A stretch of DNA of 64,000 bases from a virus (Duplodnaviria > Caudoviricetes), in the IMG/VR virus record IMGVR_UViG_3300009161_000021; one strand, given 5' to 3'. Positions 28,421 through 37,737 of this stretch are shown piece after piece. Positions within the stretch are counted from its first letter, which is position 1; every line of letters begins with the position of its first letter. The notes below the pieces were generated by a model that saw only the letters and a program-made list of their open reading frames with translations, searched no databases and was not told the origin of the DNA. A program made the translations under genes and the position numbers.

Positions 28421-28705
28421 TCAGCCGCGGCCCGGACGCTTTCCACGATGACGCAGCTTGGAACGAGACATTCTCTCAGCGTCGTCATCGGAGACTCCAG
28501 ACGCTTTCAAACGAGCGAGTCGAATCTTCTGAAAGTCGTCCTCGTTTGTTGCTCCAGGAATGTCACCGAATTCGGTGCTATATCCACCACCGAACTCTTG
28601 CTCCTCAAGCTCGTCTGATTGGACTATGAGCTTCTTCTTGTCATGATCAACGCTCTCGATTTCCTCACGGATGATACGACGGAGCTGTGACTCGGTGATC
28701 TTCAT
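28421..28705 (-). CDS. Small hypothetical protein with helical N-terminal tag
   Basis: MKITESQLRRIIREEIE; preceded by ATACTTA and GAGG. Confidence 0.75.
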   Translation of the reverse strand: MKITESQLRRIIREEIESVDHDKKKLIVQSDELEEQEFGGGYSTEFGDIPGATNEDDFQKIRLARLKASGVSDDDAERMSRSKLRHRGKRPGRG

Positions 28706-28720
28706 TGTAACCTCTGACGG

Positions 28721-29164
28721 TTAAGTATCATCCCAGTCATCATCCTGGAGTTCGATCTTCTGCTTCTTTTCAGTTTTCTGAGCGTCCAGCTCCTCCAGCT
28801 GGGCATTAGCGAAGTTGACCATCGTTTCGATGGATCGCTTCATGCCGTTTTGAGTCGCCTCGAGGCTAATGATTTCCTCTCTCTGAGCTCTTGGTAGATC
28901 CTTCAGAGATTGAATCAATGACTTAACGACCTCATTGACGTTTTGAATCTTAGATTCAGCATCCTGATTTTGGTCCTCTAAATTTTCGTGGATCTTATCC
29001 ATGAAATTTAGGATATCGCTGGAGAAAGTCGTTACAGCAGCCAGCGCGATCTTACGATCTTCGATCATCTTTTCATTTTGCGCCAGTTGTTCATTGAAGC
29101 CATTCGCGACTTCGACAAGATACTGCGCGGCAAATCTCTTCTTCTCAGTTTCTGTAGTACTCAT
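28721..29164 (-). CDS. Coiled-coil hypothetical protein
   Basis: 147-aa ORF with heptad pattern. Confidence 0.65.
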   Translation of the reverse strand: MSTTETEKKRFAAQYLVEVANGFNEQLAQNEKMIEDRKIALAAVTTFSSDILNFMDKIHENLEDQNQDAESKIQNVNEVVKSLIQSLKDLPRAQREEIISLEATQNGMKRSIETMVNFANAQLEELDAQKTEKKQKIELQDDDWDDT

Positions 29165-29205
29165 GGTGTCATTTTATCGTGACGCCCAGGAAAAGAAAAC
29201 GAAGT

Positions 29206-29427
29206 TTAGGATCCGTAAAGCGCTTTTTTCAGCGCACGAACCTGAGCGTCATAAGCGCTGAACTCTCCATTGACGAATTCAAGGGCGAGCTCACTGCAGG
29301 TTCCGTCATCCTCAAATGTGAACTCGAACTTTCCGCCCAGAAGCTTACCCGCGGATAGCAGCTTGCGCCCGCGCATCTTTAGGAATGCAGCGAGCGCAAG
29401 GTCTGATGTTCTGTAGTTCGTTGCCAT
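29206..29427 (-). CDS. DUF5659-like small protein
   Basis: YRTSDLALAAFL..G..L...F.F pattern. Confidence 0.65.
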   Translation of the reverse strand: MATNYRTSDLALAAFLKMRGRKLLSAGKLLGGKFEFTFEDDGTCSELALEFVNGEFSAYDAQVRALKKALYGS

Positions 29428-29444
29428 AACCTAAATTATGGCGA

Positions 29445-29828
29445 TCAGTAGCCGTTCTTGAGCCTCTCGCAGATCTTGTTGTGCTTCTTGACGTAGGCTG
29501 CATGCAGCTCATCGGGAGTGACACCGACTAGCTTCAGGGTCGTAAAAAAGTACTTCATCGCGTCCACGATCTCCTCGAGGAATGCCTCCCGATCGAGATG
29601 TGGGACCTCGGTCTGCCGGTGGGACTTCGCGTTCTTCAGCTCCTGGAGAGCTTCGAACATCTCCTCGACACCCTTCAGCGTGACGTCCCTGAGAAGGATC
29701 TGTGACTCCTTCTTAGTCACATCGACGGGCCACTGGGGATAGTAACCCTGGAAACGCTCGCAGAGAAGTTGCATGAACTCCTCGCGGAGCTCAAACATCT
29801 CCTCTAGCTTGTCAGTTGACGTCGGCAT
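29445..29828 (-). CDS. Dimeric all-alpha dUTPase/dCTPase (T4 gp56/MazG-like)
   Basis: Start reassigned to MPTSTDKL; EEMFEALQELKNAKSH and EEIVDAMKYF acidic helices; YVKKHNKICER. Confidence 0.8.
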   Translation of the reverse strand: MPTSTDKLEEMFELREEFMQLLCERFQGYYPQWPVDVTKKESQILLRDVTLKGVEEMFEALQELKNAKSHRQTEVPHLDREAFLEEIVDAMKYFFTTLKLVGVTPDELHAAYVKKHNKICERLKNGY

Positions 29829-30051
29829 TCTGCATGCCCTCAGCCGCGAGCTCGTCAGCCTTATCCGAGAGACGCCTGACGGCATCGAGGAAAGCTTGGT
29901 TGTCATCCTCGTTGATGGTGAGCTTGTCACCATCGACCGTGAGTCGAAGAGTCCTGAGGTTGTCAATGATGTCGGTACCAGTCAGCAGAGCGAGCTGGAG
30001 GAGGTCAACGACACGGACGATAGCATGATCTGAAAGAGTGTATGTGCTCAT
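29812..30051 (-). CDS. Hypothetical protein
   Basis: 79 aa, GGAG SD, TATAAT upstream. Confidence 0.7.
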   Translation of the reverse strand: MSTYTLSDHAIVRVVDLLQLALLTGTDIIDNLRTLRLTVDGDKLTINEDDNQAFLDAVRRLSDKADELAAEGMQNADVN

Positions 30052-30103
30052 ATGTTCTTACTCCGTTGAGATTATAGTTCAGCGCCTGAGAAGTTTATAG
30101 GAA

Positions 30104-30913
30104 TCAGCTCTGTCGAGCTGGGACCCACCAAGTGGTTCTTCCGTCGAGGGTCTCCTCCTTTATGATCTCCTCTCCGTCTTCGTCAGTCTTTCTTCCGTAG
30201 CAGAGAAGTTCATTTCCGTAACCACCCGACTCATCATCAAACCCCTTATATGATTTGATTGTTGCCCCCTGAGACTCGTATGAGGCTCTGAGCACTCTCT
30301 TAACGCTTTCGTTGAGCGCCTCGAACTCCTCCAGACTCAGTGAGTCGACCTTGCGATGGGGAGAGAGCCGGGCGAGCCAGAGGGAATCAGCCTTCACGTA
30401 GTTACCGACCCCAGCGACCACACCTTGATCCATGAGCGCCTGGGCGAGTGTCCACTTCGGTTTCCTCAGCATCGCAGTCTGGAATCGCTCGTGGCTCACG
30501 TCCTCAGCCAGCATATCAGGTCCGAGAGTCTTCAACTTCGCAGCCAGCGTCCGCCGGCCCTGGGACCACTTCAGAGTCCCGAAGTTCCGGGTGTCATTGT
30601 AGTATACGTCCGTCCCATCATCGAGGCTCAGACGCACTCTGGCGTGGCGCGATGCACTTCTGGACCAGTGACCTGTCATGCCCAGCGTCGACCAGATCGA
30701 TGAGTCACCGCCGTCGAGCAGGATGTAGATGAACTTGCCGTGGCATCCAGCTCCGACGACCCGTTTGGGCAGTTCGGAGACAAGATCGGCATGACCCTCG
30801 AAAGGCTTCCTGGCGTAACGACCCGACAGGATCTGGACACCGGTGATCGTTCGATCGGTGAGAGCTCGAGCGAGCCCTTCGGCAGCTAACTTGCACTCTG
30901 CACCCTCTGGAAT
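30104..30913 (-). CDS. mutM: Fpg/Nei-family DNA glycosylase/AP lyase, apparent ATT (AUU) start
   Basis: AGGAGGT-N5-ATT CCA GAG GGT GCA GAG gives (M)PEGAE; GKFI, LGMTG, YYNDTRNFG, LGPD, AGVGNYVKADSL (H2TH), GRTTWWVPARQ. Confidence 0.85.
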   Translation of the reverse strand: MPEGAECKLAAEGLARALTDRTITGVQILSGRYARKPFEGHADLVSELPKRVVGAGCHGKFIYILLDGGDSSIWSTLGMTGHWSRSASRHARVRLSLDDGTDVYYNDTRNFGTLKWSQGRRTLAAKLKTLGPDMLAEDVSHERFQTAMLRKPKWTLAQALMDQGVVAGVGNYVKADSLWLARLSPHRKVDSLSLEEFEALNESVKRVLRASYESQGATIKSYKGFDDESGGYGNELLCYGRKTDEDGEEIIKEETLDGRTTWWVPARQS

Positions 30914-30954
30914 TTCGCACCTCCTAATTCATATTGTATAGGAAGTTCCCGATT

Positions 30955-32703
30955 TTACAGCATCTGCCTGATGAGTTGCCGGAGCCTGGATTCACTCATT
31001 GTTTTCTCTCGTTTTTTCAGAGCTTCACCGGCGAGCTGGGTGACACGGAGGTCATCGTCATTCAACATCGAGCGGATAACCTCCGTCGGAGTATTCGAAT
31101 GCTGCACGACCCATCTACGAACCTGATCCTCATCATCTCTTGCGAGCTTAGAGAGGATCTCTGGCGGGGTGTTCAGGTTCCACGCGACGCTTCTGCGCTT
31201 TATAGGGTCGGGATCGCTGGAAAATGACACGAGCATCTCTTGGGGCAGATTTCTGTTTGCGATCGCGCTCATATACACAGCTTCTCTTTTGTCATTTGAC
31301 AGCTTGACCAAGACATCTGGTGGTGTGTGCAGATTTTGTGCGACTCTTTCCCTGACGCCATCCGCGCGATCGCTCGCAAGCTTGGCGAGAACGACATGAT
31401 CTCTTGTCGAGCGCGCTGCTCTCCCGCGATCATCTTTGTTTTTGCTTCGTGATAGGTCCTCAAAGAAAGCGTTGATACTTTCTTTAGGGATCGATGGGTG
31501 CTTAGCGATCATGTACTTGTTGTCATTATCAGGATCGTTCCATAATTTTAGAGCCAGCCAGGCGGGTACGGCTTCTCTTCGTTTTTCAAAGTAATACAAG
31601 ATTGCTCGCCGAACGCTGGCGTCAGGATCGGAAACTACTCTATCGAGCATCTCATCTGAGAGCGTTAGATTCGATCCGCCGACAACCTGAGCTCGAACGC
31701 CTACGTTTCCTCTATCGAGCATCAACTTGAGAACGCCATCATCAACTCCTGGCTCTCTCAGAATGAGATGCATGAGGTCGCTCGCCTCGTCCTTTGAGAT
31801 CCCCTTCGTCACGTGATTAAAATCTTCAACGCTTCTCGCAGCGAGTTGAACTTTCAAACTAGCAGGATGCCTTCCACCCAAGCTTCGATTCTTTTCCTTG
31901 AATATCACCATGATCTCATCGTGATAAGGACCGAGAATATCTCGCAACCTTGTTTGAGTGAGACCTTTATTGGCTCTATCGACCGACAGCCCACCATCTT
32001 TGCCGCCCAAAGTGGGATTTCCGTTCACGAATCCGATTGAAACCCAATCAACATCGGATTTGGGACTATCTTTGATAGCATAGAAGAGCGTTACGTCCTG
32101 ACCTGGTCGGCCGACGTAGTTGTAGAATAGATTCGATCCCGAAGTTCGGGCTGTGCACCAGGTTGTCTTGGGCTCCATCGTTGCCGGATCGTACTGAGCG
32201 ATCTTACAGCTCTTCTCGCGAGTCGTGGGTAACCAAAGATTCCACGGTCCAACTTTGCCGACCCGGTCGCCCTCGATATCCTCAGCTTCATTGACCTCGA
32301 TCCTCTGCTTCTTCATCTCCGAGAGACCGAGAATCAGCTCCATCTCGTCAACTGTCATTGTGGTAGGATCAGCGGGAGAGTTCCACGAGCGTGCGTCAGG
32401 TGGGAATCGAGAATCTATAGCAGTCCTGAACTGCTCGTTTGCCTTGTACTTCTCACCGATCGCAGCGTCCCGTTTCGAGAAGTTTTTGATCGTGACAATC
32501 GCATCCTCAAACGGATGGATCTCCTCAGTCTTGGGCCTCTCACCAAAACGAGCAGTCAACCAGCCGATCCACTTGGGTTGAAGGCGTGAGAGATCCTGGG
32601 CATGATCCGGGTACTTCTCGGCGAGGTAGCGTTGGTCGTCCTTGAATCCCTCGAGGAGTACTGATTCGACAAGGACACGCAGTTTGAAACGGTTCAGCAT
32701 CAT
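30955..32703 (-). CDS. WCT-motif protein with C-terminal HEAT/LRV-like repeats (paralogue A)
   Basis: LQPKWIGWLTARFGE, TTWCTART, repeats of the type D....VR..VA.N..TP..L..L. Confidence 0.8.
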   Translation of the reverse strand: MMLNRFKLRVLVESVLLEGFKDDQRYLAEKYPDHAQDLSRLQPKWIGWLTARFGERPKTEEIHPFEDAIVTIKNFSKRDAAIGEKYKANEQFRTAIDSRFPPDARSWNSPADPTTMTVDEMELILGLSEMKKQRIEVNEAEDIEGDRVGKVGPWNLWLPTTREKSCKIAQYDPATMEPKTTWCTARTSGSNLFYNYVGRPGQDVTLFYAIKDSPKSDVDWVSIGFVNGNPTLGGKDGGLSVDRANKGLTQTRLRDILGPYHDEIMVIFKEKNRSLGGRHPASLKVQLAARSVEDFNHVTKGISKDEASDLMHLILREPGVDDGVLKLMLDRGNVGVRAQVVGGSNLTLSDEMLDRVVSDPDASVRRAILYYFEKRREAVPAWLALKLWNDPDNDNKYMIAKHPSIPKESINAFFEDLSRSKNKDDRGRAARSTRDHVVLAKLASDRADGVRERVAQNLHTPPDVLVKLSNDKREAVYMSAIANRNLPQEMLVSFSSDPDPIKRRSVAWNLNTPPEILSKLARDDEDQVRRWVVQHSNTPTEVIRSMLNDDDLRVTQLAGEALKKREKTMSESRLRQLIRQML

Positions 32704-32721
32704 GATCGTAAGTATTTCGCT

Positions 32722-34287
32722 TCAGATCATCCGTCTGATGAGATTGCGGAGCCGGGACTCACTCATACCGCGCTTCCTTAACTCCTCACGAGCGGTCAGC
32801 GCAACGCTTCCGTCCTTGTCGTTCGCGAGCTCACGTACGATGCTGATGTCGGTGCTTTTATTGTAAGCTACGGAGGCTCGAACGGTGGGGTTTTCGTCAT
32901 TTGCGAGCTGGCGAATCAAGCTGGCGGGAGCGCCCCTATTCTGAGCGACTCCCAAACGAATGTAATAGTCAGAATTCTTAGCAAGATTCTGAAGCGTTTT
33001 AACGGGGGTCGATGGATTCTTACCGATAGCCTTGAGAAGATCCCTGTCAGTGCGGCCCAGTACCCTGTCAAAGAACGAAATATCTGCGAGTGAAGCTAGT
33101 GTCTCGGGCGGAGCGTGAGGGTTCATAACGACATATTGAACGACCTCCTTGTCCTTCGTGAGGCGCGTGAGTATCTCGGGAGGAGTCGACTCATTTTTCG
33201 CGATCCTCTGGCGCACATCGACGCTATCATCTCGGGAGAGCTTCTCGATGATGTCAACGGGAATGTCATTGTTCTGGGCGAGCATATGTCTCACCCGCCA
33301 CTCGGGATCATCAGCGAGGAGCTGGGCTATATCACTCGAGATACCGGGGGCTTTCGCGACCTGCTGCTTCAGGGAAGCAGCCTCCGTCTTCGATATACCC
33401 TGCATGATGTGATTGAAGCTCTGGGCATCGCGAGCAGCATCCCTGATCTTCTCCCGCGCAGGTGAGACCCCACCATGTGCTTCTACACGCCCTCGCAGGA
33501 TCTCCATGACACCATCGAAGTCCTCTCCGAGCATGCGCCTCAGACCCACCTCATTCATAGGATCATTCTCACCGTCGACCGTGGGATGCTCTCCCGGGAT
33601 ACCCTCATACTCCACTGTCCCGCTATCATTCAAGGCTATCGAGACCCACTTCCGTCGGGTGGGAACGTTCCCCTGGTGAACGAGAGTGAACATGCTGTAC
33701 AGGGCGACGTAGTTGTAGAAGAGATTCGAGGCGTCGGTCCGAGCCGTGCACCAGTCGGTGTTGGGCTTTCCAGATTCCTTGTTGAGGCCCACAATGTTGC
33801 AGCTGTTCTCACGGCTGGAAGCCTCGTAGATCTCCCAAGGACCGACCCGACCGATCTTATCGCCCTCAATGCTCTGCGATCTATCGACCTCGATGCGAGG
33901 TTTCTTGAGCTTCGAAAGCTTGACGAGCCCTAGCATGTCAACGACAGTCATGTTCGTCGGGTCGGAGGGGGATGACCACTGCCTGTCCGGAAAAGCAGCG
34001 TCGACCTGTCCCCGCCACCAATCGTTGGTGCGGTACTTCTCACCCATCGCAGAATCGAGCGGAGCGTAGGACTTGATAGCTTCGAGAGCTTTCTCAAAGG
34101 TAGCGCTCTCGGAACTCGTCGGATTCTCACCGAATCGAGCGGTGAGCCACGCAATCCACTTGGGCTGAAGCTTCGAGAGCTCAGCCGAGTGATCCGGGTA
34201 CTTTTCGATCAGGTAGCGCTGATCGATCTTGTAGCTCTCGAGCAGGACTGATTCGATGAGAGCTCGCAGGTAGGGCTTGGAAATCAT
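32722..34287 (-). CDS. WCT-motif protein with C-terminal HEAT/LRV-like repeats (paralogue B)
   Basis: LQPKWIAWLTARFGE, TDWCTART, about six LRV-like repeats. Confidence 0.8.
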   Translation of the reverse strand: MISKPYLRALIESVLLESYKIDQRYLIEKYPDHSAELSKLQPKWIAWLTARFGENPTSSESATFEKALEAIKSYAPLDSAMGEKYRTNDWWRGQVDAAFPDRQWSSPSDPTNMTVVDMLGLVKLSKLKKPRIEVDRSQSIEGDKIGRVGPWEIYEASSRENSCNIVGLNKESGKPNTDWCTARTDASNLFYNYVALYSMFTLVHQGNVPTRRKWVSIALNDSGTVEYEGIPGEHPTVDGENDPMNEVGLRRMLGEDFDGVMEILRGRVEAHGGVSPAREKIRDAARDAQSFNHIMQGISKTEAASLKQQVAKAPGISSDIAQLLADDPEWRVRHMLAQNNDIPVDIIEKLSRDDSVDVRQRIAKNESTPPEILTRLTKDKEVVQYVVMNPHAPPETLASLADISFFDRVLGRTDRDLLKAIGKNPSTPVKTLQNLAKNSDYYIRLGVAQNRGAPASLIRQLANDENPTVRASVAYNKSTDISIVRELANDKDGSVALTAREELRKRGMSESRLRNLIRRMI

Positions 34288-34291
34288 CTCC

Positions 34292-34717
34292 CTAACTATT
34301 TCCGTCGCCGAGCGTTTTCCTCAGGTGCTCGTGATAATCGTTGAGAGCGTGATCGTTCGGTTGCACCGCGCGCCAGTCGCCGAGAATGAAGATGCGGTAA
34401 GCATCGTCCCCGTACTTACCGATACCGTGCAGGTCCTTCGCCTGCTTCCAGCCGCCCGCAGCGTACTCAGCGGACATCCGCTTGAGGGTCTGCGTGCGCT
34501 TCCGTTGCATGCCGAGGGACTTGATGAGGTCCTCGAGATCGGCGTCGGGAGCCGACGCAAGCGCGCCCGGAGTGGGCCAGCGTTGGAACATCTCCTCGAC
34601 AACCGGCTCCATCTGAGCGCGCTTCGTTAGGTTTAGGCACAGGCAGCAGACAAGGATCTTCCATCCATCTGGCCAATACTTTTCCTGAATGAGACCGAAC
34701 TTAGGAGGTGTCCACAT
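34292..34717 (-). CDS. MBD4-like HhH-GPD mismatch DNA glycosylase
   Basis: WKILVCCLCLNLT, WPTP, DLHGIGKYGDDAYRIF...WRAVQPNDHALNDY (catalytic Asp position retained). Confidence 0.85.
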   Translation of the reverse strand: MWTPPKFGLIQEKYWPDGWKILVCCLCLNLTKRAQMEPVVEEMFQRWPTPGALASAPDADLEDLIKSLGMQRKRTQTLKRMSAEYAAGGWKQAKDLHGIGKYGDDAYRIFILGDWRAVQPNDHALNDYHEHLRKTLGDGNS

Positions 34718-34756
34718 ACCATTATTTTACGTGGGCACCTTTACTTTACAAGCCGA

Positions 34757-35134
34757 TCAGCCTACGCCGTTAAATCCGCTTGAACCGGTGACAATCTGGA
34801 AGTTGTTCGTCGGAATGCTCGTGAGACCACCGAGCACCACGAAAGGTATCGATGCTGCAGTGGAGCTTGAGAGGAAGAGTCGATCGACACGAAGCTCAGC
34901 AGTGTAGCTGCTTCCCGACGGAACAACAAAAAAGTTATTTCCCTGAACTCCAAGCTGCGTGAATCCAACCCTTAGCTCGAGAGCGCTTCGATTCTGGACG
35001 GTAAAAAACCTCGTCACGAAGGGAAAGTAAACTGCAGCTGTCGAAGTAACGGACGATGACGTCACGAAGGGCGTGCCTGAGACCTGATACGCTGGGACGA
35101 ATCCCTCACTCATCACTGGATTGTTATAGCTCAT
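34757..35134 (-). CDS. Hypothetical beta-rich, probably structural protein
   Basis: PAYQVSGTPFVTSS...; preceded by ATACTTA. Confidence 0.65.
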   Translation of the reverse strand: MSYNNPVMSEGFVPAYQVSGTPFVTSSSVTSTAAVYFPFVTRFFTVQNRSALELRVGFTQLGVQGNNFFVVPSGSSYTAELRVDRLFLSSSTAASIPFVVLGGLTSIPTNNFQIVTGSSGFNGVG

Positions 35135-35178
35135 TTCTTTTTGCTCTCCGGTTAAGTATTACGTCAGAGAGCAATTGA

Positions 35179-35847
35179 CTAGTACGGTGGATGAAAAGCT
35201 TCCTTCACATCGTCACTGAAACCGAACGCTTCGATCGTGTGGTGGAACGGACTTCCGGGAATATCATGCACGAGATGCAGCATCTTTTGAGCAAGCTCAC
35301 GTACCTCGAGCTGCGCGTCCTGCTTCATCCGAAGGCCGAGAAAGTGATTGAAAGAACGCCAGTTGAACATGAGATCCATTGTCACCTGATTACCGTAGGG
35401 CAGGTAGAATCGGGCGGACTCCTTAGCTCGCTTGCGATCCATACCACACTCGACAAGACGCTCGAGAGTCTCGTGGTAGCGCATGACAGCGTCCTCCATG
35501 AAAGCGATGTACTTCGCCTTCTCAATCATAGGCCAATCGTTTGGAACGACGTACTTGTCATCCTTCAGCTCCTTGTAGCGAGCTGACTCAGCGTTGATCG
35601 AAACTCCGATACGATGCTTTAGAAGGTGGATGTGAGTCGCCGTGTCAACGGTAACGAGAAAATGCAGCGAACTCTTCTCGAAAGGAGTCTCATGACCATT
35701 CTCAGCCAGCATCTTCAGGAGGGCTGGAACCCGCTTTCTCTTCTCCTCTGTGAGATCCCGACTCGTGCTCGTCCACGCTGAGAGAGCGTGCGCTTCGTCC
35801 CCACCGTACCAACCGACCAGCTCCACCCTGTTGTCCTGAAACGGCAT
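35179..35847 (-). CDS. thyX: Flavin-dependent thymidylate synthase
   Basis: GHETPFE, KHRIGVSINAESARY (RHRx7SxR variant), ESARFYLP, NWRSFNHFLGLR, AQLEVR. Confidence 0.95.
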   Translation of the reverse strand: MPFQDNRVELVGWYGGDEAHALSAWTSTSRDLTEEKRKRVPALLKMLAENGHETPFEKSSLHFLVTVDTATHIHLLKHRIGVSINAESARYKELKDDKYVVPNDWPMIEKAKYIAFMEDAVMRYHETLERLVECGMDRKRAKESARFYLPYGNQVTMDLMFNWRSFNHFLGLRMKQDAQLEVRELAQKMLHLVHDIPGSPFHHTIEAFGFSDDVKEAFHPPY

Positions 35848-36052
35848 TTCTCAAACTGCTCCTAATGTGTTTATCCCAAATGATCTCAAAAAACCACTGA
35901 AGGAGAGTCAGCGTGGTCCCTGTGATGAGGACGATCCCGGCAGACTCTCCCGCGCTTCCAGTGAAAAAGTAAGCTATCGAGAAACCGTAGCACATGGAGA
36001 AAGCTCTCCAAGCTACGACTTTAGCGAGCAGCTCTACTTTTGCTGATCTCAA
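35702..36052 (-). CDS. DUF2061-like small membrane protein
   Basis: LAKVVAWR...two hydrophobic segments...FEIIW; 3' tail overlaps thyX. Confidence 0.6.
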   Translation of the reverse strand: MRSAKVELLAKVVAWRAFSMCYGFSIAYFFTGSAGESAGIVLITGTTLTLLQWFFEIIWDKHIRSSLRNAVSGQQGGAGRLVRWGRSARSLSVDEHESGSHRGEEKAGSSPPEDAG

Positions 36053-37083
36053 ATTACCTCACAGATCGTCTCAAGTAAAAGTCGGGTTACAACGTACGGA
36101 TCAACATTCGCGCAGGGTCGACGATCCTCGAGGTATCCGCAACCGTTCTGAGCAACGTGAAGTGGGATGCGAATGGAAGCGCCTCGATCGCTCACTCCCC
36201 AGCGAAAATCCTTGTAGGAACAGGTCTCGTGATGTCCCGTGAGTCGCTGCTCGATGCCATGACCGTAGTTCGTGATGTGCCAGCTATGGGAGCGGCGGAG
36301 ACGCTCGCACGCTGCTTCGATGTGATCCATGCCTCCCTTCTCCCGCATTTTCCGGGTCGAGAAGTTCGTGTGAGCACCAGCACCGTTGAGCTCCGCGACA
36401 GGCTTCGGGTCGAGTTTCGCAACGACGCCATGCTTCTCACCGATTCGATAGAGGAGCCATCGCGCGAAGATGAGATGGTCAGCGACCGTGATAGCGTCGG
36501 CAGTCCCGATCTGGAATTCCCATTGCCCGGGCATCACCTCGGCATTGACACCGCAGATAGCGAGACGAGAATCAAGGCAGGCAGCCATGTGTTCCTCAAC
36601 GAGCTCACGACCGAAGACCTCATCCGAGCCAACGCCGCAGTAGAAGGGTCCCTGCTGGGGTGGGTAACCACCTGTCGGCCAACCGAGGGGCTTGCCGTCC
36701 TTGAAGAGAGTGTACTCCTGCTCGATTCCGAAGAGAGGCTCGTGATCGAGCGTCTTCGTGACAACGTCACGTAGTCCTACGCGAGTGTTCGTAGCGTGTG
36801 GAGTTCCGTCGGAGTTGAACACCTCACACAGAACCAGGATGTGAATCCGCTCGTGATTCTTCTCCCGGGTAGGATCGAAGATCATACTCACGGGAACCAG
36901 AATGCAATCGCTTCGATCTCCCGTTGCCTGACCCGTAGACGACCCATCGAATGTCCACTGAGGAATGTCAGCTATCGTTAGGCTCTTCCCGCTCGCAGGC
37001 GTCTGAAAGATCTTCGTCTTGCTTCGGAGCTTGTGAGTGGGCAGGGTACCATCCTGCCAGATGTATTCGGCTACGATATTCAT
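36049..37083 (-). CDS. glnII: Glutamine synthetase type II
   Basis: EYIWQDG, FDGSST, GIEQEY, EVMPGQWEFQIG, NGAGAHTNFST, RLTGHHET, RGASIRIP, YLEDRRP. Confidence 0.95.
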   Translation of the reverse strand: MNIVAEYIWQDGTLPTHKLRSKTKIFQTPASGKSLTIADIPQWTFDGSSTGQATGDRSDCILVPVSMIFDPTREKNHERIHILVLCEVFNSDGTPHATNTRVGLRDVVTKTLDHEPLFGIEQEYTLFKDGKPLGWPTGGYPPQQGPFYCGVGSDEVFGRELVEEHMAACLDSRLAICGVNAEVMPGQWEFQIGTADAITVADHLIFARWLLYRIGEKHGVVAKLDPKPVAELNGAGAHTNFSTRKMREKGGMDHIEAACERLRRSHSWHITNYGHGIEQRLTGHHETCSYKDFRWGVSDRGASIRIPLHVAQNGCGYLEDRRPCANVDPYVVTRLLLETICEVI

Positions 37084-37085
37084 GA

Positions 37086-37688
37086 TTAGTCCAGAGTGTA
37101 CTTGAGATCGATCTTGCAGGTGAGAGTCGGCACCCTGAGTTCGTTCGCGATGTTGTGACTCTTCGCTTCCTGAGCGTCAAGGTACCAGTCAGCGTGACCA
37201 CGCTCATGGACAAGCTTCAGGAAGTAGTCGGACGGCTTGCCGCAGTTGCGTGCCATCATCTCGTAGACCTTCTTGTTGAGTCGATCGACTTCCTTCGCGT
37301 CAGCCTTGATCTCTTCGACCTTCCCGAAAGCACCGCTCGAAACATCGTGAACCATGAGCGTAGCATCCGGATCCATGTATCGCATGCCCTCGGCTCCGAA
37401 GGAGAAGAGGAGCGCTCCGCAGCTCATCGCCTTACCCTCTACGATCGTAGCGACCGGGATACGCGATCCCTTGATGGCTCCGATCATAGTCATGAGAGCG
37501 TAGACCTGACCTCCGTAGCTATCGATCACCACGGGGATGACCGACTGACCCGTGTTCTGGGCTCGACTCATGAGATCCGCAAACTCCTTTGCGGAGTCCT
37601 CGTCGAACTTATTGACCCGGATGATGATCGGGTCGACCTTGAGTTCGAATGCCTTGATATGATTGGAAACGTCCGCGATGAAATTCAC
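37086..37688 (-). CDS. ClpP-like serine protease
   Basis: Start reassigned to GTG at 37688 after the RNR stop; IDSYGG, AMSCG (Ser), MVHD (His), WYLDAQEA (Asp). Confidence 0.85.
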   Translation of the reverse strand: MNFIADVSNHIKAFELKVDPIIIRVNKFDEDSAKEFADLMSRAQNTGQSVIPVVIDSYGGQVYALMTMIGAIKGSRIPVATIVEGKAMSCGALLFSFGAEGMRYMDPDATLMVHDVSSGAFGKVEEIKADAKEVDRLNKKVYEMMARNCGKPSDYFLKLVHERGHADWYLDAQEAKSHNIANELRVPTLTCKIDLKYTLD

Positions 37689-37737
37689 TGCATACCCCGT
37701 TTGTGTTAGGTTTCGGATTACTTCTTCGAGTTCTTCT

